Source: Octopus vulgaris (taxonomy: Eukaryota). Taken from it: a stretch of DNA of 64,000 nucleotides. The position numbers and the translations under genes are program-made. The DNA is taken from positions 19,840,001 through 19,904,000 of the forward strand of contig OX597835.1 in NCBI GenBank assembly GCA_951406725.2, read 5' to 3'. The notes beneath the pieces are model-generated. The model was not told the origin of the DNA, ran no database searches, and was given only the letters and a program-made list of their open reading frames with translations. Of this stretch, positions 41,651 through 58,224 are shown one piece after another (positions within the stretch are counted from its first letter, which is position 1; each line of letters starts with the position of its first letter).

Positions 41651-42503
41651 CCAGGGACTTCTAATATCGCTAACGCTTGGAAAATTTCTTATTCTGTAAC
41701 CTACTTGCAATTTGATTGATAGGGTTAAGATATATCCGGAATAATACCCATTTTGATATAAAATTAATATCCAGTTTTGACGTTTAAATTATCTGTCTTT
41801 GGAATATGAAATATACTTTTAATTATCATTGTTATCATTACTTAAATTTTTTTTTAAACCTATGTGCTAGAACTAAATTCACCATTAATTTGCGTAGCAG
41901 ATACAACTCCAAGACTAGTTTCAATTAAGTCAGTAATACTGAAGAAGTAGCCTGCAAGGGATTTCTGGTCCTGTGAGAGATAAAATCAAAATACCCGCTT
42001 AAATACATGACCAAGGGCCTGAGTAATGGATGAGGTGATATAGTCGAGAATCAATATGAGGGAGTTAGAAAATCAGAGATGGCATGCGATTAAATATCAA
42101 TGAGAATAAAGGTGATAGGGACAAATTTAATGCATATCAATAACATTATAAATTAAAACTGATTCAAGGATGGAAGAGATGAATCCAGTTCGACATACGA
42201 AGCACAGGAAAGCGCGCAAGCGCACTCTCATATTAAACATAATATGTTTATATAATTAGTAATTATCATAGCATTTATTGAGAGATTAATGATAATAAAT
42301 TGTTGTGCCTCTCTTGACTTTCGATCTGTTTATTACCGGAATTATGAAATTTGATTTATTAAATAAAGTATGGCACCGAAACCGCAAGATGTATACTACC
42401 CCCTTAACAAATTCACACGTAAATATTTTGGAAGAAAAACTAATACAGATACGCATATACTATCCTGTTTCTGCGTGCTTAATAACATGTGGCCATACAT
42501 ATA

Positions 42504-42749
42504 TCTACATTCATAAACATGTATGAGAATTGATTCAAGGATGACCATGACGTCTATGCAATAGACAAAGTCAATTTTCGTTTCGACAATTTCAACATTG
42601 TTCATCACAAAATGGTCAAAAAACATGTTTATAAAGAAGAGACGTTAGCTTACACTCTCCGTATGCCGATTCTACCCATAAGAAAGAAACAAATAATATG
42701 ACGTGGGTGTAGGTCATAACATCCAGGCAACGCCGGGATGCTCTGCTAG
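42504..42749 (+). mobile_element. Non-autonomous Helitron relic
   Basis: 3' hairpin CATCCAGGC-AAC-GCCGGGATG followed by CTAG|T (42746-42750); the 5' A|TC start at 42504 is less certain. Confidence 0.55.
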
Positions 42750-43383
42750 TGTGTCTGTGTGCGTGTGTATGTATTTTTATTTATATAAATATATGAGTAT
42801 GCGTGTGTACCACCATACCTGCATTCATGACATAATTCCTTATGAAAATACAGCTTACGACTTCTGTACGGATTGCCAGATCATTACAATTATAGTAGTC
42901 TTTGCTACCAAATTTTAGTTTGATCTCGTGCAAATGCTGTGTGTTTTAAATGTAATTTCTAGACTTAACAATTTAGACAAAAGTTTCTTAAGCAAACCTC
43001 AGTGTATTTTCGGAAATATTCAGTATATTCATTGCCAAATTTAAAACCAATTTGAATTAGAGCCCAGAACGTGTGTGTACATTTTTCACTAGTTTTATTT
43101 GCAGAAATATTTATAGCAATTCATCGCGTTCTTATCTTGATGTTTCACTAATTAACAAGCTGCAATATACATCTGTTACAAAAGTTCGTTACCTCCTGAG
43201 AAATGTAGCAGGGAGTAACCTATTGAAGAGGTCAAAGAAAAACGTATATAAATTTAATTAACATGTCTTGCAGACATATAGGTCAGTTCAAATAGTAATT
43301 AAAAGTTTGAATTAGATTTAGAGGGAGTTACGAAACATCGACTTGTCACGAACTGTATAGCAAAGCCGCCACTTTTAAGAAAT

Positions 43384-44061
43384 CGGTTCTTAATTGAAGT
43401 GTAATTATGGTTACAGATCCCCTATATGTGGACATATAGTTTTTCGTCTGTCATGAATCAGTATTGCGTTGTTTATTTCATTATATTTCTCATCTCTCGG
43501 GTCTCAAGGGGTCTCATATCGTATATCATCTGACTCTTCATTTATGGAAGTTGAAATAGCACACATCAAAATATTGCCTAAATGATTCCTAATTAGCGCA
43601 ATAAATCGGCAGAAAAATGTCCGCGCGATGATAAATACTTAAATAGTTGTTGATTGTGTTGTTGTTTTCATAACCTCAGATCAGTCTTGACAGAGAATTT
43701 CTGTGAAACAGTCTTGTAATAATACTAAAGAATATAATATTTAATATGTCCTATATTCTCCTAACGGTTGTAGTATGCAGTCTGAGAGAATTTCATTCTG
43801 TATGTTCCAAGCTGAGTGCCCACAACTACGTAGAGATCCATTGCCACTGTCGCAGACACCGGCTGAATTATCCTCTAGTTACCCACACAGCTTCTTAAGC
43901 ATTTCTCATTTCTGATTTTATAGATCACGGCTCATTTCCATAAATTGACTCAATTTAGACATAACAGTTCAATATACGGTTCTTAATTGAAGTGTAATTA
44001 TGGTTACAGATCTCCTATATTTTGACATAGAGTTTTTCGTCTGTCATGAATCAGTATTGCG
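43384..44061 (+). repeat. 85-bp direct repeat at 43384-43468 and 43977-44061
   Basis: CGGTTCTTAATTGAAGTGTAATTATGGTTACAGATC...GAATCAGTATTGCG occurs twice. Confidence 0.9.
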
Positions 44062-44280
44062 AGCTGGCAGAAACGTTAGCACGCCGGGCGAAATGCGTAG
44101 CCGTATTTCGTCTGTCGTTACGTTTTCGAGTTCAAATTCCGCCGAGGTCGACTTTGCCTTTCATCCTTTCGGGGTCGATAAATTAAGTACTAGTTACGCA
44201 CTGGAGTCGATGTAATCGACTTAATCCCTTTATCTGTTCTTGTTTGTCCCCTCTGTGTTTAGCGCCTTGTGGGTAGTAAA
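44059..44280 (+). mobile_element. SINE family C
   Basis: Near-full match to the family; followed by an A-run. Confidence 0.92.
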
Positions 44281-44288
44281 AAAAAAAA

Positions 44289-44560
44289 TTTTAATATACG
44301 GATCCTGGACTTAATACTCAAAGTACGGTTTCTCAGGATACTATACGATTTTGAGATTACAGGATTTGCCACCACTATTCGTCTTTTCAATTTCACTACA
44401 CATCTTGTGTCTTCCGTCATCAATGATCCAAGGAAATTGTATGATGACACCTGATGAAGGATTTGATTGTTTATATCACCATTCACTTTCGGATTCCCTT
44501 CTTTGCCACCATCATAAACGCTGTTTTTCCACCCTTGCGTTGAACATCTCATTGATGACA
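44289..44560 (-). pseudogene. Decayed RTE-clade reverse transcriptase fragment
   Basis: ILHQVSSYNFLGSLMTEDTRCVVKLKRRIVVAN...ILRNRTLSIKSRIRILK resembles the RT C-terminal YLGS..T.D..C..EIKRRI motif. Confidence 0.75.
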
Positions 44561-44962
44561 ATTGTGGCAGTAATAATGTGACCTACAATTCATCAATATT
44601 GCTGTTATTGATCGTTACATTTGTGGTTTTCCGCGTTGTTTCTGTTATATTTTGCTGGTGTCACAGCTACAAGTTCTGTTAAAAACAGACGTGGTTAGAT
44701 GGGATTTTGGGTATCCGTTATGTTTGATCTTGTTTAAATGGAACAGGTAACTTCTCTGAAAACAATAACAGTGTTACAAATCCAGAACACAGAAGATACA
44801 TTAGAAGAAGATTTTTATAAACTAGAATATCACGTTACTTATTATTCGAAAGGTGTGTCATTTCGATTGACGACGGTGACGACAAAAATGATTATCATAC
44901 TATTAAATATAATAATAATGGTAACAATAATAATAATAATGGTTTCTTTTCCCTTTTTTTCC

Positions 44963-45548
44963 TTTTTACCCAGCGAGCATAAGCAAAAACAAACAGGGTA
45001 TTGTAACCATTCGTTGTTATCTGTTTGTCTATTTGCAAAAGAACTGGAAATCGGCGAAGAGGATTTTCACGAAATTTGACAGAAATATTTATCAGGTGAG
45101 TGGCTCAAAATGATGACAAAAAATTTAAATCGAACTTACAAACTTCCCGATAAGCTAGTGTTCATATTATTTTGTTCACTTGCTTTTTTCATATGAATCT
45201 ACCCTCGTCTGCGTGTGTATAGATGATAGTGTAACTATCCGCGTAGACACGTATAGGGGCATACATACATAAGCGACTCTGTGTGTGCGTGCATGTGTGT
45301 GTCAGACTGTGTGGGTGTGCATGTGTGCGCGTGTGTGTATTGTGATGGATTCAAGGTTTTCGTTTATTTACGAGCTGATTTCTTAATTTTACCGCAATAT
45401 GAATACCTACAATGGTGATACTGAAAATGAAAATAATAATTGTTGAATTTTAAAAGCATGGGTAAGCAAAGCGTGGTAAGCCACACTACAACTGACGAAA
45501 ATAATTATCTGCGCGCAGGGTATACATTTCCACTCTGATACCTTTTTT
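44963..45548 (+). mobile_element. Possible Helentron-associated (HINE/DINE-like) non-autonomous element
   Basis: 5' TTTTTACCC...GGGTA short inverted pair, GATTTTCACGAAATTTG core, internal (TG)n, and a 3' GGGTATA before a T-run; family call from recalled architecture. Confidence 0.4.
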
Positions 45549-46543
45549 TCTTTTTTTTGTATCATTATTTGACTATGGAAATGAACAATCTGATGTCTTT
45601 ATTTTAATATCCTACCAATGTGTATAGAGAGTGTATTTGCCCTAGGTGTCGAGAAAACACTCAGCAAGAAATGGAAACAAAATTGAAAGAAGACAATCTA
45701 ATAATATTAATAATATTAGCAGCAGGTCGTCAGCAAATATTCCGAGTGGGAAAAGTATACACCGCAAACACCAGTTTTCAGCAGATATTTATTTTTGAAA
45801 TCATGAAAATAATGAATGCAAAATCGACCGCCTTACAATGCAAAAATCAGTCTTCAGAATGAGTATGGAGAATAATTATCCGATGCTTTAACGCTTGTGT
45901 CCCACAGCGATATTGATAATGATAATGATAACAATAATGATATTTATCATTCCCTGTAGATGCACACTGCCAGGAATTTTCAGGAAGGTGTTCGTTAATC
46001 ACACCAACCAACTAGATAGATATTTCCTACTTGTTTTTGAAATAACATTCATGTTCTTTTTATCTTTTTGTTTTTCATAGTTTCAGTATAGCTTTGTAAT
46101 TTTCTTATTTTATTTTATTTTTATTTTATCTAGTTTCTGCTCACGAGCTGTGGCCACGCTGGGGCACCGCAATTTTATTTTTAGTTATTTTTGAAGTCAA
46201 ATTTAATGATTTCAGGACGGACCATTCACAAGCATTCGTGCGTTCTTACTGAGTGCAAATGCGGAATTTCTTACTGTATGATGTTGTTTACTTTATTCAT
46301 ACAACTGATTTAAAATGAGTTTGTGTGGATGGCGTGGGAAGAAAGGGTTGGTTTACTCTAGGTGTTTACCTTAATAAATAAATACAAGTGCGATTACAAT
46401 TAGTGAAGTGTTTTTGCTGAGCGAGAGGAAGATGAAAAGCGAGAGAGGTAAAATGAATTCCCTTTATTAAATTAGAGAGTTAAGAGTTGAAGTTGGGGGA
46501 ATGATATCCTTGCGTGAAAGAGGCCGAGATCATCGATATTTCC

Positions 46544-46757
46544 ATACCTATTTCTTTATTACCCACAAGGGGCTAAACATAGAGGGGACAAACATAGGTA
46601 TTAAGTCGATTATATCGACCCCAGTGCGTAACTGGTACTTAATTTATCGACCCCGAAAGGATGAAAGGCAAAGTCGACCTCGGCGGAATTTGAACTCACA
46701 ACGTAACGGCAGCCGAAATACCGCTAAGCATTTCGCCCGACGTGCAAACGATTCTGA
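46544..46757 (-). mobile_element. SINE family C with an internal deletion in the tail
   Basis: Reverse complement of family C. Confidence 0.9.
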
Positions 46758-46988
46758 CCTCTGGGTGTATGAGTAGATGATGAAGAACTGAAAAAATAAA
46801 GAAACACAAATAAATTCAACATGGTCATGAGGAACTTAGCTGTTATTCCATTAATTTAGGGGTACTGAGAGGGTTAACATACATGCATATTTGAGAAAGT
46901 TCTTGGAGAAACTGGAAATGATATGTAATTGATAAGCTCAGAAAACTGCTATAATGGGGGCAGCAATTATGTTTAAAAAACTTTATAT

Positions 46989-47407
46989 GGCGCAGGAGTT
47001 GCTGTGTGGTAAGTAGCTTGCCTACCAACCACATGGTTCCGGGTTCAGTCCCACTGCGTGTCATCTTGGGCAAGTGCCTTCTGCTATAGCCTCGGGCCGA
47101 CCAATGCCTTGTGAGTGGATTTGGTAGACGGAAACTGAAAGAAGCCTGTCCTATATATGTATATATATATGTATGTATGTGTATGTATGTGTTTGTGTGT
47201 CTGTGTTTGTCCCTCTAGCATTGCTTGACAACCGATGCTGGTGTGTTTACGTTCCCGTCACTTAGCGGTTCGGCAAAAGAGACCGATAGAATAAGTACTG
47301 GGCTTACAAAGAAAAAGTCTCGGGGTCGATTTGCTCGACTAAAGGCGGTGCCCCAGCATGGCCGCAGTCAAATGACTGAAACAAGTAAAAGAGTAAAAAA
47401 GAGAGTA
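46989..47407 (+). mobile_element. SINE family B, full length
   Basis: GGCGCAGGAGTTGCTGTGTGG head, GGGTTCAGTCCC B box, TTGGGCAAGTG CORE-like segment, internal (TA)/(TG) tract, AAAAGAGTA tail. Confidence 0.92.
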
Positions 47408-47554
47408 TATGGATGTTAAGTATCGCGGAAGAAGACCCTGTGAGACCCTTAACAACAGGTTGTTGTCGGTTTGGTACAGAATTCGACTCGATGGAGCGAG
47501 TGAAATTGAGAAATCTAACAAGTATAAATGTACAATAAAAATGAAGAAAAGAAT

Positions 47555-47871
47555 ATGATGATGATGATGATGATGATGATGAAGATCATGATGATTATGA
47601 TGATGTCGATGATGATGATGGTGATAACGATGATCATGATGGTGGTGGTGGTGGTGGTTATGCTGATGATGATGATGGTGATGGGGATGATGATGATGAT
47701 GATGTTGATGGACGATGATGATAATGATGATGACGATGATGATGAAGATGAAGATGATATGAGACTTGTGACCATATTTTCAGATGACATACCTGCTAAT
47801 TTAATCAGCATGTACTAACTTGACGATGAAGACAACGACATTAATGAAGACGATGGTGATAAGGGTGACGA

Positions 47872-47912
<41 letters not shown>

Positions 47913-47930
47913 ATGAAGATGATAACGATG
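47555..47930. repeat. (GAT)n/(GGT)n/(GCT)n microsatellite
   Basis: Directly visible. Confidence 0.96.
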
Positions 47931-48194
47931 AGAACAACAATTACAAAACGCAAGATAAATATGATATTATTCGTACAAAAATGAAGAAGAAGAAGGAGTT
48001 AGGCAAGAATACCAAAAATAATAAACAGAACGGTTGAAAGAATGAAGAAAGAAAAAAGTGGAAACTTATGTCTACGTTCAGAAGCAAAGAAGGAAAGGAA
48101 CTCAGAGATGGACTGGACGGAAGTGAAAGAACGAAACAATAACCATTTATTGACTGTCTAATACTAATGTCTTTATCACCTGCCGTCTATGTGC

Positions 48195-50470
<2,276 letters not shown>

Positions 50471-53400
50471 TATTACAGACATATACATATGTAGTACTTG
50501 GAGATATTATTAATGTAGTCTCTTGTAGTCACTGGTTCTTAGATTCATACAAACTTAAATTTCATCGGAGCCACCCAATGTAGAATCATCAAGCCTGATC
50601 TTGTATGTCGGTCGCACTCTACTAATTTCTCCGATCAATATCTTTCTCCCACAAACATATGTTTCGAAGGCTCTATACGCCCTAAGCAGGAAATGGACTG
50701 GAGGCCTATGGATCTCCAATAAATCTTGAAACAAACCGCCACCATCTTCTCTTTCTTTGCTCTTCACGTTCGCCATCCATTCTTATAGGTCACAATGCCT
50801 TGGGTTAATTAAATTGATAATGATTTACTGTAAAGTACAAGATGTTATCGTTTAATTGTAAAATTTCTTCCGCCATTAATATGGAAGCCAATACGGATAG
50901 TTTTACTTGTAACAGGTCTTGGAAGATGCCATGGTATGAGCGGGCATGCATCTAATACAGTGAAGTTTGTGACTTTGTAAGTAGGCAGCCATTTCATTGG
51001 TAACTTCTAGCCTGATGAGATATGTCCTTAACTTACGATTTATAATGAAATGGAAATTAGCGAAATATTTCATGATTACCTAACGTATTCAGTAAACGTG
51101 GATTAAAATGCTGTTGAACTTTAGATTTACTGACGTGATTTTAACGAAGTTGGATAACTTAATTTCGTCGGATATAATATCGATTTTAATGCACATTTGC
51201 AATTGGAGTTATTTAGCATCACTAAAATGGCTTCTTATGAATTAAATGCTACTAGAAGAAATTACAGTATAGGCAAATGTCTCAATAAGAATGTTAAAGA
51301 ATAAATGTTAACCATTTATTTGAAAGAATTAACTTCTGTATTGAAACAGGAGTCCTCTCAAAAACAACACAAATTGCTTAGAATATCAATCATAAATTAA
51401 TTGAAGAGCGCTTGAAAGATTGCTAACTGCATTACTTCTGAACCTAATTTTTACTTACGTTATTATTTTTATTTCCAAATTCCCAATCCCCACGTTTCAC
51501 TGAATGTTGTTGGGTGTGATTTGAATGATTTTACATTATGTTCTAAATCTGTTTTCTTTTAAGGTGATACACTAAAATGTACAGAGAAGAAAATATGCTG
51601 TGCAATGATATTACAATTATGCTTGAAGGCGTAAGAAACACTTCTATACAGTAGAATGTTACCCGATATTATTAACCTTTGTAATCTCTGAATGAACGCG
51701 AAAACTGAAACACTCGACTTTGTACCTTACCCGAACGCTTTTGTAGAGTAAATTAAGTCTTAGCAAACATTAGATATGCAGTCCAGTTTAGAATCGGTTT
51801 TGGTTAGACAACTTCTGCTTAGTTTTACGTTAATCAGAAGAAGAATATTATAACGCCCAACCTTCTACGATGCAATCATGAAGCCGCGACACATGACCAG
51901 AAATGTTGGAGAGAAGGAGCAGAGAATTATATCGAAAGATTTGTTCAAATTTTGCAGCAGTTTTGAGTCGATTAAAGTCGAATTTGAAATTAGAATATCA
52001 AGAGAGTTAACTGAGATTGGAATAATATTCTTTTGAATCAATCATATCTGCGTCTCCTTATGTCCTTAAATTTTAACACTTAATCTATGACAAATATTAA
52101 GTAATATAATCGGTTATCGATAAGATGAATTTCAATTTGCACGGCGTATACTTTGTTTGTATATATTGAAACTGAAAACAAATGAAGAATAGCAAAATCT
52201 ACTTGTGTCCCTGGCTACGTTCTGGCATCTTCAGGGGCTTTATTATCAATAGCAGTGTTTTATTAACTGAAGTACATAAACGAAACATTTCAGATGCAGT
52301 TACGAATAGCCTCAGAATCAATTTACCTTTTATGCTACACTGCACTCTCCTTTGAATATATTAAACTATCAAATTTACTTTATGTACACATTCCATTCAT
52401 TTCCTTGTGCCTTTGTATGTGTCTGGATCTCTTTCCGAGTGCGTGTGTACTTAGATATGACTCACGAACAAACAGAGGTGATATTTTTGGAAACTGGTTC
52501 AAAATCCAGTGTATGTAATATTTAAACAAATGTGATAAAGTGGAAGTTGTTTGCCGTCAAACATATGTCTCATCAGCCAGAGGCGATCAGTGACTTATAA
52601 AAAAAAGTAACAAGGCAAAATGATAAAACTGACGGAGACGATGGCGATTGCACATTATTTAGAACATTCATGAGAAGGAAAAAGCCCATTGGCAACGATA
52701 GTTATGTCGAGCCAAATCAAGTTCATTTCTGACATTTGAAGAAACTGACGTATCTCTGTTGGATATCATCCTGGCGTATGAAGGTTGAACATAAATTTTA
52801 TATAACGTTAGACTTTACAATCCACAAAAGTGAACGAACTCAAGAAAGATTGAACGGACACTTTTCATACCACAAGTGGACTACCATTTCTGACTCTTTT
52901 GGTAACGTTTACTCTTCGTTCTGTCTCACTGACATACATGCCAAGCTTTCTTCTGACACAGCGATTCCACGCCGGAAATGTCTTTCCATGAGCATAACAA
53001 CCATCTATGTTTGTTTGAGATCACCATCAACTACTTTCTTTCACATTGTCGGGAATTCCGGATACGAGCCAGTATGTTATCAAATACTTGATATTTACGT
53101 CGGCTAAAACAGAAGTGCAGACCACAAATATTTAAATAGAAACTGTTACTGGTGCTGTGGAGAGGAAACATTTTTATCGCTTATGTAATGTGCATCTAAT
53201 TGTAATTTAAATGCAGATAAAATTAGTTCTATACAATGTGTTGTGAGTCGGAATGTAAGTCTGATCTTCAGAGTGTTCTTGGGTTAAAAACAATATTGAA
53301 AATAACTAGGACCACACATTATGTAAATCCACTTTTAAAGCAATTACAAATAATAGTATTTCACAATTGTATTAATTATCGAACATTGTCGGATTGTTCT

Positions 53401-53519
53401 AAAGTGCAACCCATTTCATTCAGCGCTTTATTGAAGAGAGAGGAATAAGAAAAACAAATTAATTTTTTTTTCATTTCAGTAAAATTATAATTTTTCCAAA
53501 TTTTTTAGTTAAAATATAC

Positions 53520-53748
53520 ATTTCTTTACTGCCCACAAGGGGCTAAACACAGAGGGGATAAACAAGGACAGACAAACGGATTAAGTCGATTATGTCGACC
53601 CCATACGTAACTAGTACTTAATTTATCGACCCCGAAAGGATGAAAGGCAAAGTCGACCTCGGCGGAATTTGAACTCAGAACGTAACAGCAGACGAAATAC
53701 GGCTACGCATTTCGCCCGGCATGCTAACGTTTCTGCCAGCTCGCCGCC
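53520..53748 (-). mobile_element. SINE family C with TSD
   Basis: TSD TTTTAGTTAAA(A/C)TATA at 53503-53518 and 53749-53764. Confidence 0.93.
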
Positions 53749-54865
53749 TTTTAGTTAAACTATAAGGGGAAATTTCATTACATATGAAGGTCCTCCTAGA
53801 TTTGGGGGTGTACGACTAATGCAGCTGGAATGTCGATGGCTTAGAGGTCTTCCAAAAGTAGAGAAGTGTTCATATGTGTAAGAGTCATTGAAACTGGAAA
53901 GACGAAATGTGGAAGAAATCCTCACGATTGGCTGCAGTAGAAATCAAATCATTTATATATCATCTGATTGCGAAATTTGTTTGAATGCTTGGATCATTGT
54001 TTTAATCAAATAACAGAAATGGCGTAAATAGCATTTCCAAGGCCCTGTGATTAGGTTCAGGAATGTTAAAACAAAAATTGCGATGATTTTTAATCGATTA
54101 CAGTCAGTTGAACTGAGCCATGGATATTTAAGCAAGTCGGTTAAGGACAAAGTTTGAAATGGTTAGCAAAGAAACCAATAAACTAACCAAGGACGCTTGT
54201 TAAAGTTCAGCTATCATATTAAATTATCCGTTTAATGCACCTGTTCTTTAGTAATAACAATCAGTCAAATAAACAAAATTTATGGTAATGAATTACGGTG
54301 AAATTAGATATAGTAATTAATTAGTAATACAATATAAAACACCTTCCTCCAGTAACAAACACCGGTTATTCCAACATAGCTAGAGTGATTCTGCGTCCAT
54401 TTTACTTGCTACAAATAGCAAAATGTTTCTATTACATAACAGTAAAATGTTTGTGAAAATATAAACAGACACTTTGCAAAATGCACTTCATTTTATAATA
54501 TGTATTAATAAGAGGTGATATAGACACAAGATCATAGCTGTGGAATCTATGAGAGACATCGTGATGTAGAAAATATAATGAGCAATTCTCCAACTTCGTA
54601 TATGTATGTTCTGTCAATGTCAGAAAGGACTAAATATAAATGCCAAAGAATTCATCCTCCAAGTATAAGAAAAGCGCAGTAAAAAAACCGGTGCATTTAG
54701 GACCCTACCCACGGTGAAGGAGCGCACATTCAAAGCAGTGGAGTAAACTGGCCATGAAAACAGGAATGTCGTAAATGTACTCACAAAATTTATGCCGTAT
54801 ATAAACATATATATAAATATATATATATCTATCTATCTATCTATCTATATATATATATATATATA

Positions 54866-55043
54866 CGCCATGATAGATTTTTCTCTGCTTTTTTCTCTCC
54901 TTGTTTTTTCTGTGTCCCTTTCTGTAGAAGAGCGTAGGCTCGATAGTAAAATACTTTTTCTATTCCTGAGCGCTATACTAATACATCTGTTTGTTTTGTA
55001 CACCACCTGTCTTTGTCTTTTGTTTTTTTTCGTAAACTCACCC
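54866..55043 (+). mobile_element. TA-embedded element, subfamily H1, with a mutated hammerhead motif (54918-54952)
   Basis: CTTT-CTGTAGAA-GAGC gtag GCTC-GATA-G-TA-AAAT; (TA)n on both sides. Confidence 0.65.
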
Positions 55044-55088
<45 letters not shown>

Positions 55089-55922
55089 ATATATATAAAT
55101 AGATATAAGCAGATTCATAGATAAATAGATAGAGACAGAGAGACAGAGACAGACAGAGAATGAGAGAAAATGATACAAATGTAACGTAGGTATATCCTAA
55201 TGAATTAAAATATAGATCTGATATCAATAGACGTCAGCACTCAAATATGTCGAATAGACGATTTCCTTAAGTCAGACACAATGCTAAAATGATCCTCACG
55301 TACACCAGCCTCTCATTTTTGTCATCATTATGTGTTGTCCTCTATTATTCTGCATCCTGATATCCAACTTATATATTACTACTATTCAGCACAAGAACGT
55401 CTTTCACTCAATCGAACATTGCACCGAACTTAAATACCTGCGCCATCGTCGATTTAAGCATTTCAGTTACACTGCTATCAGCTTCTCTTGACTTGAATAT
55501 ATAAGGTTTCGAAATAATTGTTATCGTATTCACCTGTTTAATAAGAAATATGGTAAAGACATTTCTAGAAATGTTTCGTGTTGTTCTTCCTTAGTTGATC
55601 ATATTCGCTATGAATTTAAAATAATTGCAATTAATTACTACGGGTTGTCATTAGGGTAGCATTACAATGGGCAGATTGTATGAATATCTTAAGTTATGAG
55701 CAAAGTTAATTGCAAATTATTTTATATAAATTTTCTTCTTTATTATAGTATAACCTTTTTTTTTATCTATGTACATGGATTTCTTAGCACATGTTCTTAG
55801 TTTATTCGAGTTTTGATATATTTTTTTAAAACGGAACGCAGTGCAAGCGAAACACTGCTCGCAAAATCAACTAAGTACTTTAGTTTAGGAACGCTATGCA
55901 TTGAACGCTGATCTCGCTATGT

Positions 55923-56312
55923 GGATGGATGGAAGCACTCCGTCGGTTACGACGATGAGGGTTCCGGTTGATCCGATCAACGGAACAGCCTGCTCGTGAA
56001 ATTAACGTGTAAGTGGTTGAGCACTCCACAGACACGTGTACCCTTAACGTAGTTCTCGGGGATATTCAGCGTGACACAGAGAGTGACAAGGCCGGCCCTT
56101 TGAAATACAGGTACAACAGAAACAGGAAGTAAGAGTGAGAGAAAGTTGTGGTGAAAGAGTACAGCAGGGATCACCACCATCCCCTGCCGGAGCCTCGTGG
56201 AGCTTCAGGTGTTTTCGCTCAATAAACACTCACAACGCCCGGTCTGGGAATCGAAACCGCGATCCTAGGACCGCGAGTCCGCTGCCCTAACCACTGGGCC
56301 ATTGCGCCTCCA
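55923..56312 (-). mobile_element. SINE family A with TSD
   Basis: TSD TCTCGCTATGT at 55912-55922 and 56314-56324; (CCAT)n tail. Confidence 0.94.
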
Positions 56313-56683
56313 TTCTCGCTATGTAGCGGGTGGCGCTAAACACGAAGTAAATACTGTTAGGGATACCACCTGCTTTGTAAGTGAACTGGTGAAGACCAAT
56401 AGTTGAGCTGTCAAACGGGGAATGTTTGCAGATCTAATAGAAGAAAAACATGTAGAAATAGGCCATATAGCAGTTCTTCCATTGCTGTACCATATCGTGG
56501 AAAATTTCGACACCTATGTTTTTGAGATGAGCAAGGAGGAAAATCGTAATTACAATTAGTGCGGTGTGTATATATTGTGCATAAGAAGAAACATCATTTT
56601 TATTTTCCTACACCAGACATCATTGATATACACGTTTGGTATAATGTTAATTCCTAAAGATTTCAAAACATTATATATATATA

Positions 56684-56900
56684 TCTTTATTGCCCACAAG
56701 GGGCTAAACATAGAGGAGACAAACAAAGGGATTAAGTCAGCTACATCGACCCCAGTGCGTAACTGGTACTTTATTTATCGACCTCGAAAGGATGAAAGGC
56801 AAAGTCGACCTCGGCGGAATTTGAACTCAGAACATAGCGACAGACGAAATACTGCTGAGCATTTCTCCCGGCGTGCTAACGTTTCTGCCAGCTCGCCGCC
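56684..56900 (-). mobile_element. SINE family C with TSD
   Basis: TSD TTTCAAAACATTATATA at 56661-56677 and 56903-56919. Confidence 0.93.
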
Positions 56901-57634
56901 TCTTTCAAAACATTATATAATGGATTCCTAACAAAATTTTATGGATATCGGAACTGAACACTCACCAATAATATGAAAATGCTGTTGGAACTTTCCCCTG
57001 TAATATAATGGAAAAAAATTAAAATATTGTGACATCGGGTGAATGAAAAAGAATGTGCGCACTGATTTGGAAATTATTTCTGTACCGAATATTTAAAAGA
57101 CATTTAAAAAGAAGTAAGGAGAAAATATATCTTACGAAATCGAGTACAGTAAATACAAAATTCAAACGGTCTGTACATTTGGTAATCACTGGGACAAAAA
57201 CTGAGTAACAAATTGGTCTACGAGCAAAGACGAAGCGATGAACATCACAAGATTTTGAAGAACATAGTTACTTATATAATTGTAATTACAAGTAATTACT
57301 AGAGCTGTGAAGGAAAGTGAAGCACATCGGAATTCACGGTTGTAATAAATACGTACATTCTTGTAGATACACAAATATGTAGATATACATATGTACTGAT
57401 GCATGATATCATATACACAGGTCTCTACACACCGTACAATGCAACTCTTTCCTCTCGGACGGGCAAGGATACACATGTATAGAAGCATAAATACATACAC
57501 ATGCATAAATAAATACATGCATTCACACACACACAAACACACATACACACACACACATATATATGATGTATATATGTGTATATATATAAACACATACATA
57601 TATTTACATATATATATGTATATATATATATATT

Positions 57635-57674
<40 letters not shown>

Positions 57675-57942
57675 CATGTATTCATATATACGTATATTCA
57701 TTCATACATATATACGGACATAGTTATAGCTATGATATTTACGGTTAGTAAGGAGAGACACAAGTAAGTGAGAAGAAAACAAAGGACCACTGATGCGGTC
57801 ACAGGAGTGTGACGAAAGAACTTTGGCCGAAATAAGATTAAGATTAATGTAAAAAATAAATATCACTGAAGCAAAATAACACCAAATATATAGTGCGTGT
57901 GTTTTTATTGGCTAAACAGGCAATATGACCATTCCGAAATAT

Positions 57943-58021
<79 letters not shown>

Positions 58022-58224
58022 CATGTATTCATATATACGTATATTCATTCATACATATATACGGACATAGTTCGATATGTAAGTACATACATTCAAACTT
58101 ACGTACATGCCTATATAGAAACACGACAAATTTTTTCCCAACATTCCAATAACAAAAAAGAAAAAAAATTCTTGTCTCTAGGGTAGAACATATTTTTAAC
58201 TGTATGGATGCAAACTTATAAAGT

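Noticed and set aside
44974-45095. Candidate exon (polypyrimidine-CAG ... CAG|GTGAGT, one open frame)
   Set aside because: No recognisable protein and it overlaps a HINE-like repeat; cryptic exonisation cannot be excluded without RNA-seq
50555-53107. Possible RTE relics at 50555-50790 and 52850-53030
   Set aside because: Motif similarity is too weak to support by eye
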